64,000 nucleotides of DNA, taken from assembly GCA_030867685.1 (NCBI GenBank), contig JAQOWU010000007.1, forward strand, positions 1,426,001 to 1,490,000, in the 5' to 3' direction. Positions 19,913 to 30,609 of the stretch are shown here, piece after piece. Source of the DNA: Wickerhamiella versatilis. Lineage: Eukaryota. The stretch's first letter is position 1. Each line of letters starts with the position of its first letter. The position numbers were made by a program, and so were the translations under genes. The notes under the pieces were generated by a model. It was not told where the DNA came from, ran no database searches, and was given only the letters and a program-made list of their open reading frames with translations.

Positions 19913-21649
19913 ATGCTCGTGAACAGGCGGGTGTTGTTCGGCACGGTTGCGCTTTTCGTGGTTATACTTATCACTGCTCTTGTATTCTTGGGAGGGGGCG
20001 GACTACATATTGAGAGTGAAATGGCGGGGGTCCTGCAGCCGGAGGAGCATCCCCCGGAACCACTCCCACCGCCGCATGATTTAGAACCGTATCGCGAATT
20101 GCAAGATGGAAAACACCCTGGTCCTCCGAACGGCTCGGGTGATTCTTTTGGTAATTCCTTGTCCAGATCAGGAACGAAGGAATTAAACAAGATGTACTTC
20201 CCCGACAAAGAGCTACGCTTGCGATTGGAATCAACAGATGTCTGGCGAGATCCAGAAAGTCTACCTAATAATATTCCGAGAGTGGTACAGCCAGAGCCTG
20301 GGAAGCTTGTTCGGCCACTTGCCGCAGATTACTTACACCCCTTGGTGAATGATATTTTTCTACTTTTCAAGACGGGTGCAGATATCATGTGGAAGCGCCT
20401 ACCAACTCATTTTCAGACGACATTCACGCGTTTTCCAAATTTTGCCTTGTATAGTGATCGCCCGGGTTCAGCTGCAGGATTTGAGGTGATCGATATTCTG
20501 AAGGATATGCCGCCGAACGTGCTTAACCATGAGTCCTTGCAGAAATACAGAATAATGAGACAAATGCAGGAAGATGCCTGGATGTGGGATGCAAAAGATA
20601 TCTCTATGAGTGAAGGCTGGGAAATGGATCGCTACAAGAATATACCGATTCTTTTACATGGATATCTCACAGCACCACCAAGCACGAAATGGTTTCTCAT
20701 GATTGACGACGATACATATGTCATGTCATCTAACATTGCACAATATCTTGACACACTCGATAGCTCCAAGCCATATTATCTTGGTAGTGTTGCACAGGTC
20801 TCCATTCCCTTTGCCCATGGTGGCTCGGGCATCATTGTTTCGCGAGGTGCATTGGATGCTGTATTTGGACCAAAAGCAAAAAAAACACACAAACAACTGA
20901 TGGATGAATATGCTGAGGAGGCCACACGAAACTTATTGGGAGACCACATGGTAGCCCTCTTGCTTTCCAAGGAAGCTAGTATCTGGGTGAATACTGAAGA
21001 TGGCACTAATAGAAAATGGCCTGCATATGACGTATTTGAAGACAATCAGGATATGTTCCAAGGCCAGGAAATTTATAATACTTGGGTTTCGCGGGACCTC
21101 TGGTGCTATCCAGTTGGTACTTTCCATCATGAGCGACCACATGATTTAGAGACCTTATGGGAATGGGAACAAAACAGGGCGAATTCTTCTGAATACCTCT
21201 ACTTCTATCATTTCTATCGAGACTTTATTCAGCCCTATGCGGCAGAGGAAATTGAAAATTGGGTCATGGAAGGCGGCTACAATTTAGATGCGGAGGAATT
21301 AGAGAAAAACGAAGAAATATACGAAGACAAAGTGATTTTTCCACATGAAAACTTAGCGGATTGTAAGCAAGCCTGCAGCAGTCGTAGCCATTGCTATGCC
21401 TGGTCATTTAAACCAGGTGAGTGTCACGTCCACGAGTGGAATTTCATAAGAGGTGTGGCTGCGCATCCCGGCCATGCAAAATTCAACGAGAAGTGGACCT
21501 CCGGTTTTAATGTAGAACGTATTCGTGAAATGCGGGCAGAGCAACCCTGTGACCCCTTGGAAAAACTCTCCTCCGGAAAGTTTAGCGATTCAGATGAGAC
21601 AAGCGAGGGTTGGTTTTGGCGAAAACTTAAGAAGTCTGAGCAAGATTAG
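19913..21649 (+). CDS. Type II membrane glycosyltransferase, GT31 (fringe/core-1 galactosyltransferase-like), with C-terminal Cys-rich PAN/apple-like segment
   Basis: N-terminal signal anchor, FKTGA, WEMDRYKNIP, KWFLMIDDDTY (DxD), FAHGGSGIIVSRGAL, CKQACSSRSHCYAWSF. Confidence 0.85.
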   Translation: MLVNRRVLFGTVALFVVILITALVFLGGGGLHIESEMAGVLQPEEHPPEPLPPPHDLEPYRELQDGKHPGPPNGSGDSFGNSLSRSGTKELNKMYFPDKELRLRLESTDVWRDPESLPNNIPRVVQPEPGKLVRPLAADYLHPLVNDIFLLFKTGADIMWKRLPTHFQTTFTRFPNFALYSDRPGSAAGFEVIDILKDMPPNVLNHESLQKYRIMRQMQEDAWMWDAKDISMSEGWEMDRYKNIPILLHGYLTAPPSTKWFLMIDDDTYVMSSNIAQYLDTLDSSKPYYLGSVAQVSIPFAHGGSGIIVSRGALDAVFGPKAKKTHKQLMDEYAEEATRNLLGDHMVALLLSKEASIWVNTEDGTNRKWPAYDVFEDNQDMFQGQEIYNTWVSRDLWCYPVGTFHHERPHDLETLWEWEQNRANSSEYLYFYHFYRDFIQPYAAEEIENWVMEGGYNLDAEELEKNEEIYEDKVIFPHENLADCKQACSSRSHCYAWSFKPGECHVHEWNFIRGVAAHPGHAKFNEKWTSGFNVERIREMRAEQPCDPLEKLSSGKFSDSDETSEGWFWRKLKKSEQD

Positions 21650-21760
21650 CAGGATTGATATTTCGAAACTGGTAATATAATGTTATTTTTATTAAATAGG
21701 AACTTTGTTAAAAAACTGCTGAAAGCGTATATATTATATAAGTCAGCTTGATTTGCCGTT

Positions 21761-22669
21761 ATGCACCCTGCCAGGGTGCAGGCTTCGACCCGGGACGTCG
21801 AACAAGCTGCCAATGACATAGGGGTAGGAGAGCCCGACCAAGTTTTCAATCTATGGCACCGTAAGTGGGCCGGGGGAGATAGGACTAATTCTCGCAAACG
21901 TTCCAATTGGAAATGCGATCCTAAACGTGATTCTGGTGCAACCCAGGCCGAAGAAGCTCAGAATTTCTGCCTTTACTTTGCACGTGGAATGTGCACTAAG
22001 GGCTCGAAATGCTCGTATTTACACCGGGTTCCAGATCCTTTATTGGATCATCTCGTGCCTGCCACTGACTGCTTTGGCCGTGAAAAGCATGCCGAATACC
22101 GCGATGACCTTGCAGGGGTAGGATCCTTTCTACACGAGAATTCAACTTTGAGAGTTGGCCACTTCAAAAATGTAGCGTCATTGGAGCCTCGCATAAGACA
22201 TGAGTTTTCACCGTGGGGAGAGATAGCTTCTATCAGAAAAGGTCACTCTGCTTATTTTGTAACATATAAAGACGAAATTTCAGCACAGTTTGCCAAAGAG
22301 GCCATGGCAAACCAGACAATCACTGGCAAGGAGACGTTAAATATTACATGGGCACCTACAGACCCTCAGGATAAATTTAAAACTGAAGATCGGGCTATGC
22401 AGTTTGTCAAACGAGCACTGGAAGATGCTGGTTGGCATGTTAATGGTATGCATGTTGAGCCACCGCAGACCAGTTCGAAGGTACAGGAAAGTCATCAAAA
22501 TCCTGCTGTCAGCGCTGGGGACCAATTTACACCTTCGGAAAGTTCTGATGCAAATCTGCACCAAGATTCAACTCCATTGACCGTGAAACGTAGCCAGACG
22601 GAGTCCAATCCCCCAGATCGACTAGCATCTAAAAAATCCCGCATTGTAGATTATAGTGATTCAGATTAA
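21761..22669 (+). CDS. CWC2: Pre-mRNA splicing factor Cwc2
   Basis: FNLWHRKWAGG, CCCH finger FCLYFARGMCTKGSKCSYLH, DCFGREKHAEYRDD, RRM with AQFAKEAMANQ. Confidence 0.95.
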   Translation: MHPARVQASTRDVEQAANDIGVGEPDQVFNLWHRKWAGGDRTNSRKRSNWKCDPKRDSGATQAEEAQNFCLYFARGMCTKGSKCSYLHRVPDPLLDHLVPATDCFGREKHAEYRDDLAGVGSFLHENSTLRVGHFKNVASLEPRIRHEFSPWGEIASIRKGHSAYFVTYKDEISAQFAKEAMANQTITGKETLNITWAPTDPQDKFKTEDRAMQFVKRALEDAGWHVNGMHVEPPQTSSKVQESHQNPAVSAGDQFTPSESSDANLHQDSTPLTVKRSQTESNPPDRLASKKSRIVDYSDSD

Positions 22670-23829
22670 TCGTCATCCTCAGAATCGGATTGATATGACC
22701 AGATATATGGTTCGGTAAGTTCATAAATGCGTTCCCTTAGATCGTGATTCTTTTGCGGTACGAGCTTTCGGAGGGCTAAGGGGTCATCAGTAAGTTGGAG
22801 CTTGAAAGTTTTGTCTGATCCATGGAGTGGTTGAGGACAATAATACTCTTGCAAATGCTCACCGTCTTCAGAAGGTAGAAGATTCTTGGAGGTGCTACTT
22901 CCTGGTCGAGAGATTTTCACCTCAGCCTTTAGCAGGCTTTTTTGTGAGATTAGGTTCTTCCAAGGGGTTGCAGAAATAATATTGCAGGAGGAGCCCAAGG
23001 TAAGATCTTCCATGAGTCTATACATCGATACTCTGTCTTTTCGTAGACTTGATAGCAGTGCTACTGTTTCAAAAAGTTCAAGGTGCTCAGTATCTTCAGG
23101 TGCTTGCATTGCATTTAACGGCAAAAGAAGTGACGAGAATTCGCTGAGACTGAGATAAGTCTCTAGGTTTGAAGTTAAGGGTCGCGGGGAGGAGCAGGCC
23201 GCCCAGGTAAACACAGGTAGCTTCGAACTAAATTCATCTCGAAAACCTTCCAGTATCCCAGAACTGAACCCACCCCAGCCGCTGAAATCTGTGACTACAT
23301 TCATTCCCGCCGGGCTATCACAGTTCTCCAGTTCGCGTCGCAATGTAGTATCAAGATAATCGCCATCTCTGTTCAGCTCCTGATATTCCGATATACCTTG
23401 GTCAAATTCGACGAATTCCGCCCGGCTTTCAGATCCGCGCAGCCTACCTTGAGGATATTTAATGGGGTCGTACTCCCAATTTGGTATTTCATTTTGAGCT
23501 CTTGGGTGAAGAGGGATTTTGAGATCATCTGTCCAGTACAGGTTAGTCGAGGGCATTTGTGACGCCGCTATTTTCACGACATCATCAGGAACATCTTTAC
23601 TTTCATAGACGCCTGCAATACGTTCCAGCCTACCAAAACCAGTCCGAAACTCCCAGAATAATGCACGAGGTGTGAACTGCTTTCCTGCAACAAAGTGCAC
23701 TTGCGGATCTACGTAAGAGTTTTTAACATCTTCATCGGAATACACGAAGTATTCAGACTGAGCATCGAAGTAGCGAGCACTCAGCCAGTTCGCCCTTGGG
23801 CCGGTAGAAACGTGAAGCACTTCATGCAT
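22666..23829 (-). CDS. DML1: Misato/Dml1 tubulin-like protein
   Basis: MHEVLHVSTG start, FTPRAL, LRRELENCD, SGWGGFS, acidic C-terminus. Confidence 0.9.
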   Translation of the reverse strand: MHEVLHVSTGPRANWLSARYFDAQSEYFVYSDEDVKNSYVDPQVHFVAGKQFTPRALFWEFRTGFGRLERIAGVYESKDVPDDVVKIAASQMPSTNLYWTDDLKIPLHPRAQNEIPNWEYDPIKYPQGRLRGSESRAEFVEFDQGISEYQELNRDGDYLDTTLRRELENCDSPAGMNVVTDFSGWGGFSSGILEGFRDEFSSKLPVFTWAACSSPRPLTSNLETYLSLSEFSSLLLPLNAMQAPEDTEHLELFETVALLSSLRKDRVSMYRLMEDLTLGSSCNIISATPWKNLISQKSLLKAEVKISRPGSSTSKNLLPSEDGEHLQEYYCPQPLHGSDKTFKLQLTDDPLALRKLVPQKNHDLRERIYELTEPYIWSYQSDSEDDD

Positions 23830-24194
23830 TACGTGAGTTGGTTAAATAAATCACTGTATAAAATGTCGTTGGTGAACCAAGCAAATTGAATAAAGGGTTT
23901 GCAATACCATGGCCCGGGTGATTGCTAAAGTCACTAAATGTTTTATGATTGAAAGTCTTTAATTTTTCATAACATCTTTATTGGCCGTTGGATGCCGTTG
24001 AATAAAGTGAATGTCAAATAGTGAACCATTTATTATCGTAGTAATAATTATTATTACTATTGAAATTAATATTAGGATTATTATTGTCATGAAAAATTGA
24101 TAGAGCATACAATACCCTATCAGAACAACGATGGAATTCAGTTGACGACAGAAGGTTAATTACCGGTCGCAGAATTACTAAGCTCATAGAAGCC

Positions 24195-25277
24195 ATGTGG
24201 CCATTACGGTTGTTCGGGCTCGCGTTCTTGGCTTTGGCACTCGCTGCAGACTACTACGAAACCTTGGGAGTATCTCGTGATGCCTCTGTCCAAGAAATCA
24301 AAAAAGCATACCGAGCGCTAAGTCGTCAATATCACCCAGATAAGAATAAAGGTGACAAAACTGCGGAGCAGAAATTCATTGAGATCGCAACAGCATATGA
24401 AGTTCTTTCAGACAAAGATGAACGGGCAAAATATGACAGATATGGTGAAGAGGGTCTCAAAGGAGACGCGTTCCGTCATCAAGATCCAATGGACCTGTTT
24501 AGCCACTTCTTTGGTTTTGGCCGCAATTCTAGACATGCTGGGAGAAGACGGGGACCAGATGCACGAGCAATTCTTCCAGTATCACTTGTAGATACCTATA
24601 AGGGTCGTACCGTCGAATTTTCTGTTCAACTAGACTCAATTTGTTTCGATTGCGACGGTACTGGAAGCGCAGATGGCAAGCGTAGTACATGTAAGGACTG
24701 TGGTGGGACTGGAATGCGCATCATTGAGCGCCAACTGGCGCCAGGAATGTTCCAACGCTTGCAAACAACCTGCGATGCATGCCAAGGGAAAGGTTCAACA
24801 ATTAGTCATCCATGTGGGACTTGCCATGGCCAGAGGGTGGTGCCTGATGACAGGAAATACAATGTCATAATGGATGCAGGTGCTGCTAGAGAATGGGACT
24901 ATGTCCTGGAAGGTGAGGGTGAACAAAATCCCGATTGGGAAGCTGGCAATTTGGTTGTACATGTTGTCGAGTCGTCAGAACATACAATGGGCTACCGACG
25001 AAGGGGAAATCATCTTTTTAGAGATGAAATTTTGAGTGCACGCCAAGCACAAAAAGGTGATTGGGAACGAAAAATAACTCTTCTCGATGAAGAGACAACA
25101 ATTCGAATAGGAAGGAAGAGTGGAGAAAGGATTGTCGATGGTCAGTGGGAAATTATTTCTGGGGAAGGTATGCCTATACCAGAATCTGATGGAGAACATG
25201 GTGATCTTTATATACGTTACATTGTTGTATCTGGGCCATACTCACTAAATAGCGAGGAAGGCCATAATGAATTGTAA
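24195..25277 (+). CDS. SCJ1: ER-lumenal DnaJ co-chaperone Scj1
   Basis: Signal peptide, J domain with HPD, four CxxCxGxG-type repeats, C-terminal HNEL. Confidence 0.93.
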   Translation: MWPLRLFGLAFLALALAADYYETLGVSRDASVQEIKKAYRALSRQYHPDKNKGDKTAEQKFIEIATAYEVLSDKDERAKYDRYGEEGLKGDAFRHQDPMDLFSHFFGFGRNSRHAGRRRGPDARAILPVSLVDTYKGRTVEFSVQLDSICFDCDGTGSADGKRSTCKDCGGTGMRIIERQLAPGMFQRLQTTCDACQGKGSTISHPCGTCHGQRVVPDDRKYNVIMDAGAAREWDYVLEGEGEQNPDWEAGNLVVHVVESSEHTMGYRRRGNHLFRDEILSARQAQKGDWERKITLLDEETTIRIGRKSGERIVDGQWEIISGEGMPIPESDGEHGDLYIRYIVVSGPYSLNSEEGHNEL

Positions 25278-25331
25278 TTTTAAAAAAATAATTAAGTAAT
25301 CGCCTTTTCTTGTCATAAGATTTTAACCTCC

Positions 25332-27245
25332 ATGGGACGCCAGCTAAAACGCAAGTCAGTGCCTGCCGCTGCACCTAAAGGGTCTAAAAAATTGAAAACA
25401 GCGAAAAAATCGGATTCTCCAGCTGAGGTTGTAGACGATGTGGAGGATGATGAATTTGATAGTTTCTCCTCTGCTGAATCGCAGGGACCTGAGGATGTAT
25501 CTGATGACGATTCGTTGGATTCTGCCAGTATGTCTGGCTCTGATTCTGAGGAATCTGAATCCGAAAATGATGATACAGCTGCTAATGCCAAGCCATCCAG
25601 TAGCGATGATGAACTCGATATTGACGAATCATCATCGGAGGCTGAATCCACAGAAGAGCCGGATCTGGATTCGGCAAGTGAAAATAAATCCCAAAAGTCA
25701 AGTGACGAGAAAGCAGAAATGAAGCGGGAGCAAAAACAACGGCAAAAGGAAAGAAAGCTCGGCAAAGCGCATGGTGCCGAAATCGAGGCAATAAAGAAGA
25801 TTTGGGAAAAGTTGCGGAGCAAGAATACTTCAAAGGCAGAGCGTGCAAAGCTGCAAGAAGAAGCATTCAATTCAGCCAAAAAGTTTATCAAGGAGCTTGT
25901 ATTTAGGCATGATTCATCTCGAGTTGTTCAAACTATTTTCAAGTATGGTTCTCCAAGTCAACGCCGCGAAATCACAGATGCACTAAAAGGTAGCTATGTT
26001 GATCTTGCGAGATCCAGCTACGGCAAATACTTGCTAATTAAAATGCTTCATTATGGCACTGCAGCCGTTCGAGCGCAGATCCTAAACGAGATGCATGGTC
26101 ACTTCCGCAGCTTAATGCGACATAAAGAAGGTGCGTACGTTATTGAAGATGCATTTAGAGACTATTCGACAGCCCCTCAAAGAAGACAAATTTTGCGAGA
26201 GTTCTATGGTTCTGAATTTGCTCTGTTCAAAGATGCAGCAAAGGACAAGGGGAATTTGACTGAAATTCTAGAGGCAAAGCCGGATAAACGGCCTCATCTT
26301 CTGAGAAATTTGAACCAGGTCATTACTTCTGCCGTCCAGAAGGGGTCAATCGGGTTTGAAATCATTCATGCCGCTATGCTGGAGTACATCCGCAACGTGC
26401 CTGTTGGAACAGAGGAGCGTGAGACATTCGTAGACCTCGTGGCAGATGAAATTGCTGAAATGGTGCATACAAATGCTGGCTCGCAGGTTGCGTCGCTTGT
26501 TGTCGCAGGAGCTACAGCTAAGGAACGCAAGCGTCTGGTAAAAGCCCTCAAGCCTTTCGCAGACAAGCTTGCTAAAGACCAATACGGCAACATGGTGTTG
26601 ACGACACTTTTCGCCACTGTTGATGATACCAAAATGATAACAAAATCTTTAGGACCTGCCCTTGTGGAGGACCTGGGTGACCTGCTGGTCCACAAGTATG
26701 CAAGAAGGCCCTTCCTGTACCTAGTGGCAGGAGTCTCGCCACGTTATTTCCCGGCCCTCAAGGATCGCTTCACCGAGGTGGATGCTGTAAAAGTGCATAC
26801 GAGCAAGAAGCCGGACGATGCTCGTCGTGCTGAGCTTCTACAGTTCTTTGCCCCTTATGCCATCGAGCACTTTCCCAAGCTCGTGTCAGACCCACTAGGC
26901 ATCCAGTTTGTTGGTGAATTGGTACCAAGCTATGAGGATGCACGTGAGCCACTTTTGGCGATGTTCGAGGGAGCGATCACAGAAAATCATCCTCTTGTCA
27001 AAAATGTAGCGTCTGGCCGCATCCTTAAGGGACTCGCCAGATCTGTTCCTGGATTTGCCGAATCCCTTGGTGACTTAATAGCAGCTAACCCTCTAGATTG
27101 GTGTTCGAAGGGAACCTTTGTGGTGGTCTCGGTGCTCGAAAGTTTGCAGAAACCAAAGGACCTGCAGAAAGCGTTGAGACCACTACGCTCGACCATCGAG
27201 GAACAAAATCCCAAGGGAACCCACTTACTTCTTCCTCTAATTTAA
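25332..27245 (+). CDS. PUF6: Pumilio-family nucleolar protein Puf6
   Basis: Basic then acidic N-terminus, HDSSRVVQTIFKY, SSYGKYLLIKMLHYG, MRHKEGAY, CPL region TVDDTKM...TSKKP. Confidence 0.95.
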   Translation: MGRQLKRKSVPAAAPKGSKKLKTAKKSDSPAEVVDDVEDDEFDSFSSAESQGPEDVSDDDSLDSASMSGSDSEESESENDDTAANAKPSSSDDELDIDESSSEAESTEEPDLDSASENKSQKSSDEKAEMKREQKQRQKERKLGKAHGAEIEAIKKIWEKLRSKNTSKAERAKLQEEAFNSAKKFIKELVFRHDSSRVVQTIFKYGSPSQRREITDALKGSYVDLARSSYGKYLLIKMLHYGTAAVRAQILNEMHGHFRSLMRHKEGAYVIEDAFRDYSTAPQRRQILREFYGSEFALFKDAAKDKGNLTEILEAKPDKRPHLLRNLNQVITSAVQKGSIGFEIIHAAMLEYIRNVPVGTEERETFVDLVADEIAEMVHTNAGSQVASLVVAGATAKERKRLVKALKPFADKLAKDQYGNMVLTTLFATVDDTKMITKSLGPALVEDLGDLLVHKYARRPFLYLVAGVSPRYFPALKDRFTEVDAVKVHTSKKPDDARRAELLQFFAPYAIEHFPKLVSDPLGIQFVGELVPSYEDAREPLLAMFEGAITENHPLVKNVASGRILKGLARSVPGFAESLGDLIAANPLDWCSKGTFVVVSVLESLQKPKDLQKALRPLRSTIEEQNPKGTHLLLPLI

Positions 27246-27283
27246 TTACGTTTATATTGTCGTAACAAGACATGAGAGTCACT

Positions 27284-27754
27284 TTACTGCATGTTCATAA
27301 ACTGGCCGCGATAGTCATCATAAAGCTCTTGGCCGTCATCAAAACCGTAGCCAAAGCCGCGAGGCTGCCGTTTCTCCTCCTCCTCGGGACTAGCGGAGCC
27401 CTGGGGATCGAATGGCTGATGTTGCAGCTTCTTGTTTCTCTCCTTAACAGCAAGATACTCACGATATTTCGTCAAATAAATTTTAAGCACCTCAGCATAG
27501 TTTTCAAATCCGAGACTGGTCATTGCAAAAAGTATATCTTCCCCGTTAACTGTTTTCCGTTTCTCTGCCCAGCACTTCTCGCTAGCCTCCGACGTGATAA
27601 AGCTCACAAACTCTGACACACATTCTTGTACACATTCCTTAGCTTCCTTGGACACTTTGGCATTTGCAGGTAATGCATTCTTCATGATACGGTAGACATT
27701 CGCGATTGGCAACCACTTGTCCTGTTCCCGAAGTTCTTGTGGGTGCGGCTCCAT
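27284..27754 (-). CDS. HAP3: CCAAT-binding factor subunit Hap3 (NF-YB)
   Basis: [53 protein letters not shown]. Confidence 0.97.
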   Translation of the reverse strand: MEPHPQELREQDKWLPIANVYRIMKNALPANAKVSKEAKECVQECVSEFVSFITSEASEKCWAEKRKTVNGEDILFAMTSLGFENYAEVLKIYLTKYREYLAVKERNKKLQHQPFDPQGSASPEEEEKRQPRGFGYGFDDGQELYDDYRGQFMNMQ

Positions 27755-27823
27755 GGTGAAGGATGATTACTAACCACAGACTTGCGATCTCTTTCGCATC
27801 ATCATCGGGCACCGCGTCCGTGG

Positions 27824-28147
27824 ATGAAAGTTACAATTAAGGAATGGGTCCCAGTCGCTGTATGGGCGTGGGATGGCTGTGAGGATGAGGTATGCGGTAT
27901 TTGTAGGGTTTCCTTTGATGGAACATGTCCGAAATGTACTCTACCAGGCCCAGACTGTCCGCCTGTTGTGGGGAAATGTACACATGCATTTCATGCGCAT
28001 TGCATTGATCAATGGCTGACGCTCAGTCATTCAGGTGGCACCTGTCCAATGTGTCGACAGCGGTTTCGTCGTCGAGATAGCCCAGACGTCGATCAGATAA
28101 CCCCAGAAATGTCACTGGAGTCAGAGGCTCCGGTATGGGAAGATTAA
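27824..28147 (+). CDS. APC11: Anaphase-promoting complex RING subunit Apc11
   Basis: ATG at 27824 gives the canonical MKVTIKEW start; RING-H2 CGICRVSFDGTCPKC...HAFHAHCI...CPMCRQ. Confidence 0.95.
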   Translation: MKVTIKEWVPVAVWAWDGCEDEVCGICRVSFDGTCPKCTLPGPDCPPVVGKCTHAFHAHCIDQWLTLSHSGGTCPMCRQRFRRRDSPDVDQITPEMSLESEAPVWED

Positions 28148-28238
28148 ACTAAATATGTAAATTTCTGCATTATTGCATTAGGCTTGTATTACAATGTCGC
28201 GTACCGTTTGATAGGTAGTTCCCTAGTAGCGTGCTGAC

Positions 28239-30578
28239 ATGCGCCGGGCTCCAGTCCCTTTAATAGAGAACAGGGGACACTTAGCAGGAGTAGGGGCATG
28301 CCATGGGAAACTAGTTCTTGCTAAATCAGATGGTGGTGTAGAGAACTACGCCACCGGAGCACACACTGAAACAGGCCCTCTAGTAGCTGCCAGCCAGGTA
28401 GGTAGTGAAATGTGGGTAATTACAGGTTCACAGTGTTTAAAGTACAAAATGGCTGATCTCTCCAAGGAAGAAGGGGATAAGGATGCTATATCGTTATCAG
28501 ATGGAGTTCTATTTTGTGCAGAACATATTGTTGTCGATGGAGAGCGAATACCAATGAGCTCATCACCTCAAACAGGTTGTCGCTGCAGAGGCCAGCTTCT
28601 GATATCCCTTAACGATGCATATACTCTTTTTAACCTCACAACTCGACGTCAAATACCGCTATTTTCTCTGGGACCTAATCTACCTTTCAAAGCTTGCGCT
28701 GTACCTCCTCACGAATTTCTCATCGTCCAAGGCACCTCCGTAGACGAATCGGCAATGGGACTTGTGATAGATGCTCATAGTGGTGAAATATCGCGCGAAG
28801 GTGTTCTGAGTTGGGATGCCTATCCCTCCTCTATAGCCGTTATGGATGATATTGTTGTCGCTGTGGTCAATGGAAATGTTATCACACACACCCTATCAGG
28901 AACACATTCCACTACTCATGGGCGTGGAGAGGCAGTTTTCAAATTGAGTGCTCCGGTAGAGGTTCCATCAGATGCTATTGCTGAAAGATTAGGTGAAGAC
29001 CTTGGCATTGAACTGTCAGACACTGTAATTTATTGCAAACATGGATTTGATGCGTTAATTGGCCATTCCGAGCTGCTACTAAAGGAAAAGCAAATCGAAG
29101 ATGGAGAACTAACTGAGCTCGCCCCAGTCACAATGACCAGTGAGCGTGAGGTTGCTGAGTTTGAATACCTCAGCTTGCTACTGGCCTTGGTGTGGCTGCC
29201 TAGGTCCCGGCGTCGCTCGCTATCGTTGTGGCTTGAGGGTGTGAGGCTTGACCCGCGTATTTTGTTATATATTGCAGGTCATACTGATGAAAAACCTAAT
29301 ATTTATCCTGGCCTAATGTCTCGGCTATCCTCAACCCGAAAACCCAGTGCCGAGTTCATGCGCAGCTATTTATCAATTATACTCAAGCGCTACCGAACCT
29401 CAAGTGATGCATTAAGAAAAGAGCTGGAGATGGCATATGCGAGCTATCTGGATGGTGAGGAGTTGGTGAGATTTTACCTTAATAGACGTACAGTGTTCAA
29501 GAGTGATCTCAAAAGATGGCTCACTGATTCAGGCCGCTATGAGCAGCTAATCGAGATTCTACGTATGTCAAATGACCACAGCGCTTTGGCACAAGCTTAT
29601 TATAATGTCGCGAGTGGTCAGTGGGCTCTGGAGACCTTGTCGCCATCAGAAGCACTACAAAGACTAACCACAGAGTTAATTTCCAGCAGTGATAAGGATT
29701 TGGTCTGGTCTTTGGGACTCGCTACAGTACAGTTAGATCCAGAGGTAGGGCTTCGCGTATTTATTGATCCTGACCGTTCCATTAAATGGGATAGTGGTGA
29801 AGTCCTGGAGGCACTAAAAATATTCCCGGTTGCTTGGCGTGAATATATACACCACTGTATTGAGGAGAACCCTGAAGGTGTGGAACTTGCACCCGTAGTA
29901 GTGGCGAACTTGGTGGAGATTGCTACAACCGAAGCTGAGCCTGCATATGCTGCATATCGTTCGTTGTCGTACCCCAAGAAACCTTTTCTACGTTGGTCAC
30001 AGAGACCTCCGCTTCTCGCTAGCATGGAACATGAACTTTGGACGCTTCTTGTGAGAAAAAACGCTGATGCAACGCCACTGATATCTATAATAGACGAACA
30101 AGCACCAGAGCTATTGAGCGAGCGAGCACTACTTTATAGCAGCCTGGGACTTCACTCACAAGCTTTGAAAGCGCTTGTTGATGCTACAGATTATGCTTCC
30201 GTATTGTGGTATTGTCAACACGGCTGTCCACCGGAACCTACCGTCAGGGATGTCGATACCTCGGAAGATGGAGTGCGAAGGGTATCTGATGCTACTACCA
30301 CTTGTGACCTTGCAAAGCTCGCACTACCGCTGATAGTGAATACCCCAGCGCTCACAGAGTTTCTTGATCAGACTGATTTGGACCTTCATTATTTTCTAGA
30401 CCATGTCCCTCCAAGTATTGAAGCTGGGAAAACTCTTAACTTCCTTACCGATCGTATTGCTGGACAAGTTTCTCGTACACAAGAGGCCAAAATGCAAAGT
30501 GCCCTGGTTAGAGCCACAGCTCGTGAAATTGACGCTGATATGAGGTTAAGTTTATCACTTGATAAAAGAAACATTTAG
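28239..30578 (+). CDS. VPS3: CORVET subunit Vps3 / TGFBRAP1-like (beta-propeller + helical repeats)
   Basis: IPLF, SAMGLVID...GEISREGVLSWDAYP, LDPR, YRSLSYPKKPF, LGLHSQAL. Near PUF6 as in S. cerevisiae. Confidence 0.8.
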   Translation: MRRAPVPLIENRGHLAGVGACHGKLVLAKSDGGVENYATGAHTETGPLVAASQVGSEMWVITGSQCLKYKMADLSKEEGDKDAISLSDGVLFCAEHIVVDGERIPMSSSPQTGCRCRGQLLISLNDAYTLFNLTTRRQIPLFSLGPNLPFKACAVPPHEFLIVQGTSVDESAMGLVIDAHSGEISREGVLSWDAYPSSIAVMDDIVVAVVNGNVITHTLSGTHSTTHGRGEAVFKLSAPVEVPSDAIAERLGEDLGIELSDTVIYCKHGFDALIGHSELLLKEKQIEDGELTELAPVTMTSEREVAEFEYLSLLLALVWLPRSRRRSLSLWLEGVRLDPRILLYIAGHTDEKPNIYPGLMSRLSSTRKPSAEFMRSYLSIILKRYRTSSDALRKELEMAYASYLDGEELVRFYLNRRTVFKSDLKRWLTDSGRYEQLIEILRMSNDHSALAQAYYNVASGQWALETLSPSEALQRLTTELISSSDKDLVWSLGLATVQLDPEVGLRVFIDPDRSIKWDSGEVLEALKIFPVAWREYIHHCIEENPEGVELAPVVVANLVEIATTEAEPAYAAYRSLSYPKKPFLRWSQRPPLLASMEHELWTLLVRKNADATPLISIIDEQAPELLSERALLYSSLGLHSQALKALVDATDYASVLWYCQHGCPPEPTVRDVDTSEDGVRRVSDATTTCDLAKLALPLIVNTPALTEFLDQTDLDLHYFLDHVPPSIEAGKTLNFLTDRIAGQVSRTQEAKMQSALVRATAREIDADMRLSLSLDKRNI

Positions 30579-30609
30579 ACTTGAAGAACGTAGTTTAGTG
30601 CTATATACA

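Noticed and set aside
27753..27779. ATG-GTGAAG...TACTAAC-CACAG mini-intron before APC11
   Set aside because: It would be only 24 nt, and the spliced product is out of frame with APC11 and stops early.
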